A DNA stretch of 44,487 bases from a virus (taxonomy: Duplodnaviria > Caudoviricetes), in the IMG/VR virus record IMGVR_UViG_3300009678_000079, positions 1-44,487 of that record; one strand, 5' to 3'. Below the pieces are notes generated by a model. It ran no database searches and was not told where the DNA came from. It was given only the letters and a program-made list of their open reading frames with translations. Below, piece by piece: positions 44,015 through 44,487 of the stretch. The first letter of the stretch is position 1, and each line of letters begins with the position of its first letter. The position numbers were made by a program, and so were the translations under genes.

Positions 44015-44487
44015 TTCTACGGTTTTGCTCTTTGGCAGTCGGTGGATTGGGATACGCTGGCGATTGGTTGCCTTGCGCGTGAAACTCATGCTCCGTTCTA
44101 ACCGCATTACGGTTGCTCCAATCTGGCGTTGAAACTCCCATCGACATTGAATCGTCCGATAGTGACTCGGGGTTTGCTGGCGCTGAATCTAGGTGGATTC
44201 ATTCGCTCGCCAATCCGGTTTGAATCACTTCCCTACAGCAGGCGCCAGCCTGCTAGTCAGTCGCCACATCCGCAATGCTCCCTGCGGCAGTCCAAGCTGC
44301 CGTACAGCGCGTTGGAAACCAAAGGGTCAAAGGTGCAAGGGAAAGGTTCGCCGATTGCTCTCCGCTCACTACAGGCGCATCACCGGTCATTCCCGTGTGG
44401 CTCTACCTTGCTCTTTGCGAGCCGGGCCGGAGCGTGGCGGGTCGTGCATTGTGACGATAGCGAAAGTGTGTCCAATTCCTTCCCTCC
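44015..44487 (+). ncRNA. Candidate structured non-coding RNA, family not recognised
   Basis: No ORF of 60 aa or more in six frames; many nested helices; upstream TTGACA. Confidence 0.3.

Larger units (their letters stand above)
1..44487. mobile_element. Tailed dsDNA bacteriophage genome segment, podovirus-like (short tail plus ejection proteins)
   Basis: TerL motifs; portal-scaffold-capsid-adaptor-nozzle-fibre-ejection protein order; no tape measure or sheath recognised; dense ATGA/TAATG gene overlaps; no host housekeeping genes. Confidence 0.93.

Noticed and set aside
44077-44320. Three GCGT(T)(G)GAAAC motifs suggesting CRISPR repeats or a hammerhead ribozyme
   Set aside because: Too short, irregular spacing (50 and about 185 nt), no cas genes and no CUGANGA core found

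Overview
The window is a 44.5-kb piece of a tailed dsDNA bacteriophage genome with podovirus-type (P22/N4/T7-like) gene order, truncated at the left end. The long minus-strand virion operon (36045 to 4081) runs: HNH, portal, scaffold, major capsid, endonuclease VII-like HNH, adaptor, tail collar, nozzle, a 1202-aa Ser/Ala-rich fibre, and three Cys-free ejection proteins, the last being 2568 aa. A divergent plus-strand unit encodes an NDP-rhamnose epimerase/reductase and the terminase large subunit. These are followed by small accessory genes, a replication-initiator-like gene and two largely non-coding tracts. Three observations stand out. (1) A 91-bp segment bounded by perfect 11-bp inverted repeats (38669-38781) splits a 60-aa gene into halves on opposite strands, and flipping it restores an in-frame gene, suggesting an intragenic inverton. 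(2) Eight glycan synthesis or modification genes (glycosyltransferases, methyltransferases, radical SAM, a MAF/DUF115 fusion, RmlD-like) lie around and inside the virion operon next to a Ser/Thr-rich fibre, suggesting virion glycosylation. (3) The tail nozzle appears split into two ORFs by an intervening beta-propeller gene. All family assignments come from motif recognition by eye; no database search was run. No integrase, recombinase, lysis gene, tRNA or CRISPR array was recognised.
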